Shown: positions 9,121 to 18,596, counted from the first letter of the stretch. The stretch is 64,000 nt of DNA from an uncultured bacterium (GCA_964499705.1 CAZCME010000002.1:310001-374000); one strand, 5' to 3'. Notes: a model not told the origin generated them from the sequence alone. Program-made: numbers and translations.

Positions 9121-9897
9121 TTATCGGAATTCGTTTCGGAGCGTGCGGAGGATCGTGAAGACTTCCGCCGGATCGTTCGGGAGCGGGCCGACCTTGGCTT
9201 CGAGCGCCCTCCGCAGGGAGGAGCTTCGAACGCGGAGAAAGGGATTCACGGCCTGCTCGATTCCCATTTCGCCCGGAACGGTCGGCCGCCCCAGCGCGCG
9301 GCAGGATTGAACGCGCGTGAACTGCTTCTGGATCGCCGGGTTGCCCGGTTCCAGTGTGAGAGCGAACCGCATGTTCCGCTCCGCGTATTCGTGCCCGCAG
9401 AAGAGGAGCGTATTCGCAGGAAGTCCGCGGAGGTGTGTATCGATTCCCAGGAACATTTCCCGTGGAGAGCCCTCGAAAATCCGGCCGCATCCTCCGAGGA
9501 AGAGAACATCGCCCGAAAATACGACATGCTCCGTGAAATAGACGAGATGTCCCGCGGTATGGCCGGGGATCTTGCGGACCGTCACTTCCGAGGCGCCCAG
9601 CTTGAACTTCCCGCCATCCTGGATCGTTTCCGTCCTCGCCTGAAATCGCGGAAGCTCGTCCGGCCCTCGGATGACGACATCATACTTGTTCGCCAGATCG
9701 GTCGCGCCTCCGATGTGATCCGTATGCTTGTGCGTCAGCCAGATTTCGTCGGGGCGCGTGCCCGTCTCCTCGAAATGCTTCAGGAGCGGAGCCGCTTCTC
9801 CGGGATCGACGACGGCGACATGTTTTCCATCCCGGCTCCGGACCACGTAGGAATAGTTGTCCTTCAATGTGGGAATGATCACGACCTGGCAAGACAT
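9121..9897 (-). CDS. gloB: Hydroxyacylglutathione hydrolase (glyoxalase II)
   Basis: DNYSY, THKHTDHIGG, PGHTAGH, FSGDVLFLGGCGRIFEG, CGHEYA, NPFLR. Confidence 0.92.
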   Translation of the reverse strand: MSCQVVIIPTLKDNYSYVVRSRDGKHVAVVDPGEAAPLLKHFEETGTRPDEIWLTHKHTDHIGGATDLANKYDVVIRGPDELPRFQARTETIQDGGKFKLGASEVTVRKIPGHTAGHLVYFTEHVVFSGDVLFLGGCGRIFEGSPREMFLGIDTHLRGLPANTLLFCGHEYAERNMRFALTLEPGNPAIQKQFTRVQSCRALGRPTVPGEMGIEQAVNPFLRVRSSSLRRALEAKVGPLPNDPAEVFTILRTLRNEFR

Positions 9898-10043
9898 GTG
9901 AGCATGGTATCACCGCGACGCGCATCCGTCATGGCCAGCTTGTAATTCCCATATCCCAAATCCGATCTTCATGCTTCGAAAGCCAATGTTGAGATACAAT
10001 TCGATTCAACCATCCCGGGTCAGAACTTCCCCATCAAATAATA

Positions 10044-10156
10044 TTAACAGGATGAACCGGATAGGCAGGATCGATTCAAGGTGGGAATAGAAGGCAATTT
10101 CGTCCTGTTATCGGGAAGCGGTTTTCATCCCTCTCAAATCCTGCCCATCCTGTTAA
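10044..10156. repeat. Inverted pair of ATCCTG-type REP-like units
   Basis: ttaacaggatgaaccggataggcaggat (10044-10071) faces atcctgcccatcctgttaa (10138-10156). Confidence 0.65.
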
Positions 10157-10238
10157 ATTTCCCGCCATCGGATGGGGAACTTCTACCCGGTGGTCGTCCG
10201 GCTTGACAAGTCCCTCCCGGTCCCGTCACTCTTGGCTC

Positions 10239-11141
10239 ATGTCGCCCCGGGCGCCAGCTCTTCTTCTCGCGGTTTTGCTCTTCTCCGGGTGCACACGGAA
10301 TCTCATCTCCACGCAGGTCGGCGACATGTTCACGGAGCTGACCACCGCGTACGCGCGGGATGACGACCCGGAGCTCATCTGGGCGGCGGCACCGTTCGCG
10401 TTGAAGACGATCGACGGATTTCTTCTCCGGAATCCCCGGGACACCAAGCTTCTTCTCGCCGCCACGATCGGATACACGCAGTATGCCTATGGCGGGCTCG
10501 TGCAGGACGCCGATCTCATCGAGAAAACCGATTACGACCGCGCCGTTCATCTTCGCCGGCGTGCGTGCCGTCTCCTCATTCGCGCGCGGGACTACGGGAT
10601 CCGCGGAGCCGCGACCGTCCTGCCCGGATTCGAAGACAAGCTGCGATCCGATCCCGCCGCCGCGTTGTCGGCCGCGGAAAAAAAAGATGTGCCTCTTCTC
10701 TTCTGGACGGCGTGCGCGTGGGGAGCGGCGATTTCGCTTGGCAAGGACGATCCGGAGCTGATGGCCGATCTGTTCATCGTGGAGGCGATCATGAAGCGGG
10801 TGATGGAGCTGGACGAGGAGTTCGATCTCGGCTCTCCGCATGACTTCATGATCTCCCTGGAGGGCGCCCGCAATGGAAACGGCGGCACGTATGAGAGCGC
10901 CGAGAAGCACTACAGGCGCGCGCTGGAGATTTCCGGCGGCCGAAGGGCGTCCGTCCATGTGACATTTGCCGAGGCGGTTCTGCTCCCGAAGCAGAAGCGC
11001 GCGGAATTTGTCGCGGAACTCGAAGCGGCGTTGAAAATACCGGTCGAGGCGACTCCCGACCAGAGGCTTGCCAACATCATCGCTCAGCGCCGGGCGCGGT
11101 GGTTGATGGATAAAGTTGATGAATTATTTCTCGAACCGTAA
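10239..11141 (+). CDS. TRAP transporter TatT-component lipoprotein
   Basis: Lipobox LLFSGC; DDDPEL..AAPFALK, YTQYAY, ARDYG.R, AEKHYRRALEIS, RLANIIAQRRARWL; precedes DctP and DctQM genes. Confidence 0.82.
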   Translation: MSPRAPALLLAVLLFSGCTRNLISTQVGDMFTELTTAYARDDDPELIWAAAPFALKTIDGFLLRNPRDTKLLLAATIGYTQYAYGGLVQDADLIEKTDYDRAVHLRRRACRLLIRARDYGIRGAATVLPGFEDKLRSDPAAALSAAEKKDVPLLFWTACAWGAAISLGKDDPELMADLFIVEAIMKRVMELDEEFDLGSPHDFMISLEGARNGNGGTYESAEKHYRRALEISGGRRASVHVTFAEAVLLPKQKRAEFVAELEAALKIPVEATPDQRLANIIAQRRARWLMDKVDELFLEP

Positions 11142-11162
11142 TGTATAATTAGTTCAGCGAAT

Positions 11163-12224
11163 ATGATCCTGCGGGGAAACAGTCCGATGAAGAACTTCAG
11201 GCGCCTCGCGAGTCGGTGGGGCCTCCTCTTTCTCATTCTTCTCATCACGGTCGAACCGGTCTCGGCGCGCGTCGTCGTGAAGATGGCGACCCTGGCTCCG
11301 AAAAATTCCACATGGCATAAGATCCTGGAAGATCTCTCATCGAAGTGGAAGGAAATCTCCGGCGGCGAGGTCGAGCTCCGCATTTACGCGGGCGGTGTCG
11401 CGGGCGACGATCGCGATGTCGTCCGGAAGATGCGCCTTGGAACGCTGAACGGAGCGGTCCTGACGGCGGTGGGAGTCTCGGAGATCGAGAAGTCGGTCTT
11501 TGCCCTGGAAGTTCCGATGATGTACGCGTCGTATGAGGAAGTGTATTACGTCCTGGAGAAGATGCGGCCGGGACTCGAAAATGCCATCGCGGCCAAGGGC
11601 TTCGTGGCGCTCAACTGGGCCGACGGCGGCTGGATCCACTACTTCACGTCGAGGCCGGTCGCGACTCCCTCCGACCTGATGAAAGAGAAGCTCTTCTCGT
11701 GGGCCGGAGATGAAGCCGCGGATCAGCTCGTCAAGTCCGCGGGCTTCAATCCCGTGCCGCTGCCGGCGACGGAGCTTGCGACGGCTCTGCAGACCGGCCT
11801 CGTCACAGCGGTCGGCGTTTCGCCGCAGGTCGCGATCCTCTCGCAGTATTACCGCCACGTTCCGCACATGACCGACGTGAAATGGCAGTTGCTCCTTGGA
11901 GCCACCGTCATCACGAGGAAAACCTGGGATGAAATCCCGGCGTCCCTGCGACCCGCGCTCATGAAGGCCGCGGCGGATGCGGGGCAGAAGCTGCGCAACA
12001 CGAGCCGGAACAGCTACACGAGCAATATCTCCGCGATGAAGACGCGGGGCCTGACCGTGGTGCCCGTCAACGACGCGGACCGCGCCAAGTGGGTCCGGAT
12101 CGCGGAGTCCACGTATCCCGGCATCCGGGGAACGATCGTTCCGGCCGCAGCCTTCGACGAGGCGCTCAGGCATCGCGGCGATTACCGCAAAGGAGCCCGC
12201 GCATCCGCAACGATTCCCCGTTGA
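11163..12224 (+). CDS. TRAP substrate-binding protein DctP (TatP type)
   Basis: KMATLAPKNSTW, YAGGVAGD..DVVRKMRLG, ALQTGLV; start may be 11187. Confidence 0.88.
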   Translation: MILRGNSPMKNFRRLASRWGLLFLILLITVEPVSARVVVKMATLAPKNSTWHKILEDLSSKWKEISGGEVELRIYAGGVAGDDRDVVRKMRLGTLNGAVLTAVGVSEIEKSVFALEVPMMYASYEEVYYVLEKMRPGLENAIAAKGFVALNWADGGWIHYFTSRPVATPSDLMKEKLFSWAGDEAADQLVKSAGFNPVPLPATELATALQTGLVTAVGVSPQVAILSQYYRHVPHMTDVKWQLLLGATVITRKTWDEIPASLRPALMKAAADAGQKLRNTSRNSYTSNISAMKTRGLTVVPVNDADRAKWVRIAESTYPGIRGTIVPAAAFDEALRHRGDYRKGARASATIPR

Positions 12225-14179
12225 ACGCATCCGTACCTTTCACGCGCATCTTCAACGTCCTCCTTGATTCGCTCCTCGTTCTCGCCATCTTCCTCGCAAC
12301 CTTCTTTCCGCTCGTGGATGCCGTCGGCAGGGTCTGGGGAGGGTTCTATATCCCGGGATCCGCGACCTGGGTCCAGCAGGTGACGCTCTGGCTGGCTTTC
12401 CTGGGAGGGCTCATTGCGACGCGCGAAGGACAACATCTCCGGCTTTCGACGGCGGAGTTTTTCGGAGAAGGTAAAGTCCGGCGCGCGGCCAACATCGTGG
12501 CGTACTCCGTCGCCGCCTCGGTCGTGGCGGTCCTCGCGTATGCCAGCCTGGAACTGGTGAAGGCGGATCGCGAGCAGGGGAAACTGCTGACCGGCGGCGT
12601 GCCGGAATGGATGAGCGAATGCGTGATGCCGGTGGCGTGGTCGATCATGTCGCTCTGGTTCATCGCGAAGGCTTCGGATCGCTGGTTCGGCCGGATCGTC
12701 GCCCTGTGCGTGGTCGTCGCCACGTTCGGCCTCGCGACGATCCAGGATCAATCCCCGGTTTTTCTCTGGCCGCTTGTGCTGGTGATCCTCTGCGGCGCAT
12801 TTCTCGGCGCGCCCGTTTTCAGCGCGATGGGCGGCATTGCTCTTCTTTTCTTCTTCCATGACGGAACGCCCGTTGGAGCGGTCTCCGCCGAGGTTTACCG
12901 CCTGATCGCCTCGCCCACGATTCCCGCGATTCCGCTGCTGACGGCGGCAGGATACATCCTCGCGGAGGGAAGATCGGCCGCGCGCCTTGTCCGATTCTTC
13001 CAGTCGCTTGTGGGGTGGATGCCCGGAGGCATGGCCGTCATGGTCGCCGGCGTCTGCGCCATCTTCACGACGTTCACCGGAGGTTCGGGCGTCACGATCA
13101 TCGCGCTCGGTGGGCTCGTCCTGCCGATGCTCATGAAAGCAAAATACCCGGAAGGCTTTTCTCTGGGTCTCGTCACCGCGTCAGGAAGTCTCGGGCTCCT
13201 CTTTCCCCCCAGCCTCCCCGTCATCTTGTACAGCGTCGTGGCGGGCACGCCGGCCGATTCTCTCTACCTCGCGGGCCTCGTTCCAGGAATGCTTCTGGTT
13301 GTGCTCGTCGCCGTTTACGGAATCTTTACGGGCTTCAGGACGAAGGAGGCTCCGCAGAAATTCGTATTCCGGGAAGCCGTCGCGGCAACATGGGGCGCGA
13401 AGTGGGAACTGTCCCTGCCGGTCCTCGTGATCGTCCTCTTCGGCAGCGGATGGGCCTCGATCGTCGAAGCCTCCGCCGCCGCGTGCGCCTACTCCGTTCT
13501 CATCTCCTGCGCGGTCACGCGGGATCTTTCGTTGAAAGCTCTCCCGGGAGTGCTGGGCAAGGCGGGCGCGCTCCTCGGCGCCGTGCTGATGCTCCTCTCG
13601 GTCGCCATGGGTCTCACCAGCTATCTCGTGGACGCGCAGATTCCCGATGAGCTCCTCGCGTGGGTGACGGAACATATCCACTCGCCGGTTGTTTTTCTCC
13701 TGGCGCTCAACGTGATCCTCCTTGTTCTCGGCAGCGTGCTCGAGATCTATTCCGCGATCATAATTCTCGTGCCGCTTCTCGTGCCGATGGGGGAGGCCTT
13801 CGGTGTCGATCCCATTCATATGGGCGTCATCTTCCTCGCCAATCTCGAACTCGGTTTCCTCTTCCCGCCCGTCGGCCTCAATCTCTTCCTCTCCTCCGCG
13901 CGCTTTTCCAGGCCCTTGACGGAACTCTACCGTCATGTCGTTCCGTTTCTTGTCATCCTCGGCCTGGGCGTTCTCCTCATCACCTATGTCCCGGATCTCT
14001 CGCTGGGAATCCTGAAGATGCTCGGTCGCTACGAGCCTCCCGTCGCGGCCGAAGCGGAGACCGAGTCATGGATGGAAGGGGAGATCGTTCCCGAAGGGGA
14101 TGCGATCCCGGAGTACGTGCCGGAGGAGATGGAAACCGCCGGGGACACGGGAGGCGCCTCACCGGATGCGGTGAAATAG
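12221..14179 (+). CDS. TRAP transporter fused small/large permease (DctQ-DctM)
   Basis: Polytopic; DctQ-like HL motif then DctM motifs TFTGGSGVTI, SGSLGLLFPPS, GVDPIHMG, PPVGLNLF; TTG start overlaps DctP stop. Confidence 0.88.
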   Translation: MNASVPFTRIFNVLLDSLLVLAIFLATFFPLVDAVGRVWGGFYIPGSATWVQQVTLWLAFLGGLIATREGQHLRLSTAEFFGEGKVRRAANIVAYSVAASVVAVLAYASLELVKADREQGKLLTGGVPEWMSECVMPVAWSIMSLWFIAKASDRWFGRIVALCVVVATFGLATIQDQSPVFLWPLVLVILCGAFLGAPVFSAMGGIALLFFFHDGTPVGAVSAEVYRLIASPTIPAIPLLTAAGYILAEGRSAARLVRFFQSLVGWMPGGMAVMVAGVCAIFTTFTGGSGVTIIALGGLVLPMLMKAKYPEGFSLGLVTASGSLGLLFPPSLPVILYSVVAGTPADSLYLAGLVPGMLLVVLVAVYGIFTGFRTKEAPQKFVFREAVAATWGAKWELSLPVLVIVLFGSGWASIVEASAAACAYSVLISCAVTRDLSLKALPGVLGKAGALLGAVLMLLSVAMGLTSYLVDAQIPDELLAWVTEHIHSPVVFLLALNVILLVLGSVLEIYSAIIILVPLLVPMGEAFGVDPIHMGVIFLANLELGFLFPPVGLNLFLSSARFSRPLTELYRHVVPFLVILGLGVLLITYVPDLSLGILKMLGRYEPPVAAEAETESWMEGEIVPEGDAIPEYVPEEMETAGDTGGASPDAVK

Positions 14180-14200
14180 GGAAGAAACGCAGTTTTTTAT

Positions 14201-14229
14201 TTGACATGTCTTCCTCATCCCTTTAACAT
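14201..14229 (+). promoter_or_regulatory. sigma70-type promoter of rplM-rpsI
   Basis: TTGACA-17nt-TAACAT, 11 nt before the ATG. Confidence 0.7.
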
Positions 14230-14240
14230 CCTTGCTCCGT

Positions 14241-14672
14241 ATGAAGACCACACTTCCCAAACCTGACGCGATCAAACGCGGCTGGGTCGAGATTGATGCC
14301 GCCGGCAAGACGCTCGGTCGCGTATCGGTCCTGGCCGCCACGATTCTTCAGGGGAAAAACAAGCCCATCTACACCCCGCACATCGACACCGGTGATTTCG
14401 TCATCGTGACAAACGCCGCCGGAATCCGTCTGACCGGAAAGAAGAAGTCCGACAAGACGTGGCAGCGCCACTCCGGTTACCCGGGCGGGCTTCGCACGAC
14501 GACGTACGGCGACCTTCTCGAGAAGCAGCCGGCCAGGATGGTGGAACTCGCCGTCCGCCGCATGCTCCCGAAGAACCGGCTCGGCCGGAAACTCTTTACA
14601 AAACTCAAGGTTTACGCCGGTGACGCCCATAAACATGCCGCGCAGCAACCGGTCAAGATAGAGGTTAAATAA
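14241..14672 (+). CDS. rplM: 50S ribosomal protein L13
   Basis: IDAAGKTLGR, KNKPIYTPHIDTGDFVIV, HSGYPGG, MLPKNRLGR, HKHAAQQP. Confidence 0.98.
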   Translation: MKTTLPKPDAIKRGWVEIDAAGKTLGRVSVLAATILQGKNKPIYTPHIDTGDFVIVTNAAGIRLTGKKKSDKTWQRHSGYPGGLRTTTYGDLLEKQPARMVELAVRRMLPKNRLGRKLFTKLKVYAGDAHKHAAQQPVKIEVK

Positions 14673-14677
14673 CCGCC

Positions 14678-15088
14678 ATGGCAACGTCCCTGAAAACTCC
14701 GAAGAAGATCGTCCCCCACACCGGCCGCCGCAAGGAAGCCGTCGCGCGCGTCCGGGTTCTGCCCGGGAAGGGCATCGTCATCATCAATGAACGCGCCCTG
14801 GACGATTATTTCAACCGCGTCGACCATCGCGCCGAAGTGATGCGCCCGCTCGAAGTCACCAGCATGAAGGATGTCTCCGATGTGAAGGCGACCGTCGCCG
14901 GCGGCGGCGTCACGGGCCAGGCCCAGGCCATCAAGCTCGGCATCGCCCGCGCGCTCTCGACGATGAACACGGAGTTCAAGCCGCTCCTGAAGCGCGCCGG
15001 ACTTCTCTCCCGCGATCCCCGCAAAGTGGAGCGGAAGAAGTACGGCCAGCCCGGCGCCCGCAAACGCTTCCAGCACTCGAAGCGCTGA
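14678..15088 (+). CDS. rpsI: 30S ribosomal protein S9
   Basis: TGRRKEAVARV, GGGVTGQAQAI, RDPRKVERKKYG..GARKRFQHSKR. Confidence 0.98.
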   Translation: MATSLKTPKKIVPHTGRRKEAVARVRVLPGKGIVIINERALDDYFNRVDHRAEVMRPLEVTSMKDVSDVKATVAGGGVTGQAQAIKLGIARALSTMNTEFKPLLKRAGLLSRDPRKVERKKYGQPGARKRFQHSKR

Positions 15089-15128
15089 CACGTTCGCGCG
15101 TTGTGCGCGCGAGCTCCCCGAAAACCGC

Positions 15129-16061
15129 ATGACGTCCCGCGATCCCATCTTCGACCGATGTCTGCAGGATGGGCATGCCGCCCGCCTGGCAGGTCGATTC
15201 TCCGAAGCCCGCAAAGCCTATATCCAATCCTTGCTGCAGTGCGTCGGGGATCAGCTTGCTCCCCGCGCCGATGCGCTCTGCGGCCTCGCGATGGTCGACC
15301 GCGCTCAATGCCGATACGATTCCGCCATCCGGAATTTCAACATGGCCCTGGAGGTTTACGAATTCCTGCGGGATCCGACGGGGCAAGCCTTCGTCTTGTA
15401 CGGCAGGGGAGGAGCGTACCGGTTCCTCGCCCGTTACGACGAGGCGAAGAAGGATCTGGAAAAAGCTCTGAAGCTGGCGCCGGACCGGGAATCGGAAATC
15501 TTCACGCGGATGGCTCTCGGGGGTCTCCTCAGGATGATGAGCGCGTACCGGAAATCTTTGACGCAGTATCGGAAAGCACGCGCGCTGGCCGGACGAAGTC
15601 GTCATCAGTACGCCATGGCCTATGCGGATTGCGGAATCGGAAACGCTCATCGGATGCTGGGGCATCGATCGGACGCGAGGAAGCACCTCGGTCTTGCCGA
15701 GAAGCGCTATACCGAAATCGGAGATATCGTCTCGCGCCCCTACACGCTCTTCGCCATATCCCTGATGGACTTCGAAGACGGTATGCCCGGGCGGCTGGAC
15801 GAAGCGGAAACTTTGTTCCGGCGGACGTCCGATGACCGCGGGATGATCCATGTCTGGCTGGCCCGCGGCGTCGCGGCGCTCGCCGCGGGTCGCACGGCGC
15901 GCGAGGACCTGGCGCGTGCGTCCAGGCTGGCCGTAAAGATCGGCCTGCGCCTCGAGGCCGCGCACGCGTCGTTTCTGCTTCGAAACTCCAGCCCCGCGCG
16001 AATCGGGTCCTACAAAGCACTCCGCATACCCGCGCCTGAATCGATCTTTCTGCTCCCGTGA
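15129..16061 (+). CDS. Tetratricopeptide repeat protein
   Basis: Several TPR-like units (A..GLA.V....RYDSAIRNFNMAL; G.YRFLARYDEAKKDLEKALKL). Confidence 0.75.
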   Translation: MTSRDPIFDRCLQDGHAARLAGRFSEARKAYIQSLLQCVGDQLAPRADALCGLAMVDRAQCRYDSAIRNFNMALEVYEFLRDPTGQAFVLYGRGGAYRFLARYDEAKKDLEKALKLAPDRESEIFTRMALGGLLRMMSAYRKSLTQYRKARALAGRSRHQYAMAYADCGIGNAHRMLGHRSDARKHLGLAEKRYTEIGDIVSRPYTLFAISLMDFEDGMPGRLDEAETLFRRTSDDRGMIHVWLARGVAALAAGRTAREDLARASRLAVKIGLRLEAAHASFLLRNSSPARIGSYKALRIPAPESIFLLP

Positions 16062-16282
16062 CAAATCCCCGCCGGACACCCTGGATCCTGAAGGAATCGG
16101 CAGGGGAAAAATGGTATTGTCGATGCGAGCGATCGATCACGCAGCCCTACTGCGACGGCTCTCATAAAGGATGCGGAATCGGTCCTATCAAGGTGATCGT
16201 CGAGGCAGGGGAGATTGCGTGGTGCGGCTGCCGCAAGTCGGGGAATTTGCCCTTCTGCGACGGGTCGCATACGTGCTTGTGA
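16058..16282 (+). CDS. CDGSH iron-sulfur domain protein (two motifs)
   Basis: CRCERSITQPYCDGSH and CGCRKSGNLPFCDGSH; GTGA overlap with TPR gene. Confidence 0.9.
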   Translation: MTNPRRTPWILKESAGEKWYCRCERSITQPYCDGSHKGCGIGPIKVIVEAGEIAWCGCRKSGNLPFCDGSHTCL

Positions 16283-16346
16283 TCCCGCAGTGCCGATTGT
16301 ATGCTCCGCGTGGAACAGCAATTACAAATTTTTCGGAGGTAGTACG

Positions 16347-16721
16347 ATGAAGAAATACTTGGGAACAGCGGGAATCGTCGCGTGCCTGGCATTAACGGCC
16401 TGCACAAGCATGGGAAGCGTGAGCCAGATGCACGACACTCGGATGCGAATGGATCATGGTAATCTCAGTAACGTCGCTCCGACAAACTATGGTTCGAGGC
16501 CCCGGGCCAACCAGACGATGGCCGCTCCGATCGACGGAAATCCTAATTCCGTGCCCGCCAACGAGAATACGACGATGCGCACGGCCAAGCCGGCGATGAC
16601 GACCCACGGCAATGCCTCCACGGTCGCGATGGAAGATGCTCCGGCGAATCCCCAGCCTGCGGCCACGAGCGGGAATTCGAATCCCCCCGCCATGGGCAAC
16701 ACCTGGAACATCGGAAATTAA
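16347..16721 (+). CDS. Hypothetical lipoprotein, Met/Asn/Pro-rich
   Basis: SD GGAGGT, lipobox LALTAC; shares MHDTRMRM...TNYG with the next gene. Confidence 0.7.
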   Translation: MKKYLGTAGIVACLALTACTSMGSVSQMHDTRMRMDHGNLSNVAPTNYGSRPRANQTMAAPIDGNPNSVPANENTTMRTAKPAMTTHGNASTVAMEDAPANPQPAATSGNSNPPAMGNTWNIGN

Positions 16722-16724
16722 TCC

Positions 16725-17471
16725 ATGCTGGAAAATCAAAAGCTTTTGAAGATTCTGGCGGGTACGTTTGCCTTTTTGATTTTTGCGGCATGTTCCGACA
16801 TGGACCGCATGCACGATACACGGATGCGGATGCAGTCCGGTGAGATATCCGGCGCCCGCGCCGGAACCAACTACGGCACGATGTCACGGACAGGCGGGAT
16901 GATGTGTCCCGCCGGCAGCGACCAGGCCGCGTGTCCGAAGAGGAACATGGCTCGTTGTTCCATGGACATGAACAAGCCCGAATGCGGAATGATGGGCGAC
17001 ATGAAAATGATGATGCCGAAGAACGCGATCGCGGTCCTTCAGCCCGCCAGCGGTTCGAACGTGTCAGGATGGATCAAGTTCACGCAAGGGACGGACGGAG
17101 TTATCGTCGAGGCCGATGTCATGGGCCTTACTCCCGGACTTCATGGATTTCATATTCATGAATTCGGCGATGCCAGTGCCGCGGACGGAACTTCCGCCGG
17201 CGGTCATTTCAACCCCTGCGAGATGGAACATGGATCGCCCTCTGCCGAAAAACGGCACGTGGGAGATCTTGGCAATCTCGAGGCGGATGCCTCGGGGCAT
17301 GCCACGCTCAGGATGACGGATAAGTGGCTGTCGCTCTGCGGTCCGAAAGGCATCTGCGGTCGCTCCGTCATTATTCACGCGAAAGCGGATGATATGGCGA
17401 CACAGCCGACAGGCAACGCGGGAGCTCGTGTCGCCATCGGAGTCATTGGCGTGGCGAAAGCCGCGCAGTAA
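16725..17471 (+). CDS. sodC: Cu/Zn superoxide dismutase lipoprotein with Met/Cys-rich N-terminal extension
   Basis: HGFHIHE, SAGGHFNP, RHVGDLGN, SVIIHA..DD, GNAGAR; lipobox FAAC. Confidence 0.9.
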   Translation: MLENQKLLKILAGTFAFLIFAACSDMDRMHDTRMRMQSGEISGARAGTNYGTMSRTGGMMCPAGSDQAACPKRNMARCSMDMNKPECGMMGDMKMMMPKNAIAVLQPASGSNVSGWIKFTQGTDGVIVEADVMGLTPGLHGFHIHEFGDASAADGTSAGGHFNPCEMEHGSPSAEKRHVGDLGNLEADASGHATLRMTDKWLSLCGPKGICGRSVIIHAKADDMATQPTGNAGARVAIGVIGVAKAAQ

Positions 17472-17488
17472 TCAGCTCGGAACGAAGC

Positions 17489-17839
17489 ATGTCCCGGATG
17501 ATTCTGAAGGATGTCAGCGAAGTGCCGTCCGAGATACCCAGGATGGACGGAGTCAAGGATGCCACCATGCGGCTGCTGTTCGGGAAACCGGACAGCATGC
17601 CGCACTTTTACATGAGAGAGTTTCTCGTCGAGCCGGGTGGTCATACGCCGCTTCACAGCCACGACTACGAGCACGAAGTGTATATCCTCGGTGGAACAGG
17701 GGAGGTCGAATGCGGCGGCGTCGTCAAACCCGTCGCGGAAGGCAAAGCCATCTATATCCCCGCCAACGAGCCGCATCAGTTTCGCAACAATTCCAGTGAA
17801 GCACTGCGTTTTCTCTGCCTCGTACCCGCCCAGCCCTAA
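17489..17839 (+). CDS. Cupin domain protein
   Basis: PGGHTPLHSHDYEHEVYIL.G and YIPANEPHQFRN cupin motifs. Confidence 0.88.
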   Translation: MSRMILKDVSEVPSEIPRMDGVKDATMRLLFGKPDSMPHFYMREFLVEPGGHTPLHSHDYEHEVYILGGTGEVECGGVVKPVAEGKAIYIPANEPHQFRNNSSEALRFLCLVPAQP

Positions 17840-17858
17840 GAATTACATTCCGTTCGAA

Positions 17859-18596
17859 TCAGGCGGCGTTGACGCAAGCTCCCTGTGAGAGCTTCTTCTG
17901 ATCCGAGGCGGAGGGGAGACCGATGAAGCGGTAGACTTCCGGCGATGCGAGCGTCGGCACAGCCAGGTCCGCGGTTGCGAGTTCTTCCACGGAATGCATG
18001 CCGGTCGCCACGCCGATGACGGCCGCGCCCGCTTCGCGAGCAGCGTCGATGTCACGCGTCGTGTCTCCCAGGACGACGCATTCTTCAGGATCGAGCCGCC
18101 CGATGAGTTCCCGTCCGCGCCGGATAGCGGCCCGGATCATTTCCGCGCGATTTTCGGAATCATCGCCGTATCCGCCGAATCGAAACCAGCGATTCAAATC
18201 GCCCGGTTCAAGCTTGATGCGGGCTCCTTCCGAGAAATTTCCCGTCCCGAGGCCCAGCTCGCAACCGGACTCTTTCAGGGCGGCCAGCAGATTCAATACT
18301 CCGGGCATGATCCTGTAACCCTTCTCGGAATTCCTCATTTCGTGAGGAAGCCGGTTCAGGTAGGTGGTTTTCAGGCTTTCATGTTCCTCGTTCGTGGGTT
18401 CGCGCTGATAGATGCGCTGGAACAACTCCCGGAAGATGAGCGGATCCGTCTTGCCGTGCGGTGAATAATCGAAGGGCAGGCGATCATGGGGCATGGAGTT
18501 GTCATGAATGGAGAGCGTAAAGGCGAGAGCGCGAATCCCGGCATGGTCGGTCAGGATGAGCGTTCCGTCTATGTCGAAGATCGCGGCTTTGAACAT
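17859..18596 (-). CDS. HAD-family hydrolase (phosphoglycolate phosphatase-like)
   Basis: FDIDGTL, GKTD, GLGTGN, VLGDTTRDI. Confidence 0.88.
   Translation of the reverse strand: MFKAAIFDIDGTLILTDHAGIRALAFTLSIHDNSMPHDRLPFDYSPHGKTDPLIFRELFQRIYQREPTNEEHESLKTTYLNRLPHEMRNSEKGYRIMPGVLNLLAALKESGCELGLGTGNFSEGARIKLEPGDLNRWFRFGGYGDDSENRAEMIRAAIRRGRELIGRLDPEECVVLGDTTRDIDAAREAGAAVIGVATGMHSVEELATADLAVPTLASPEVYRFIGLPSASDQKKLSQGACVNAA

Noticed and set aside
9119-9490. Long N-terminal extension of S41 copy 2 in the ORF track
   Set aside because: Overlaps gloB in another frame; a signal peptide begins at ATG 9118
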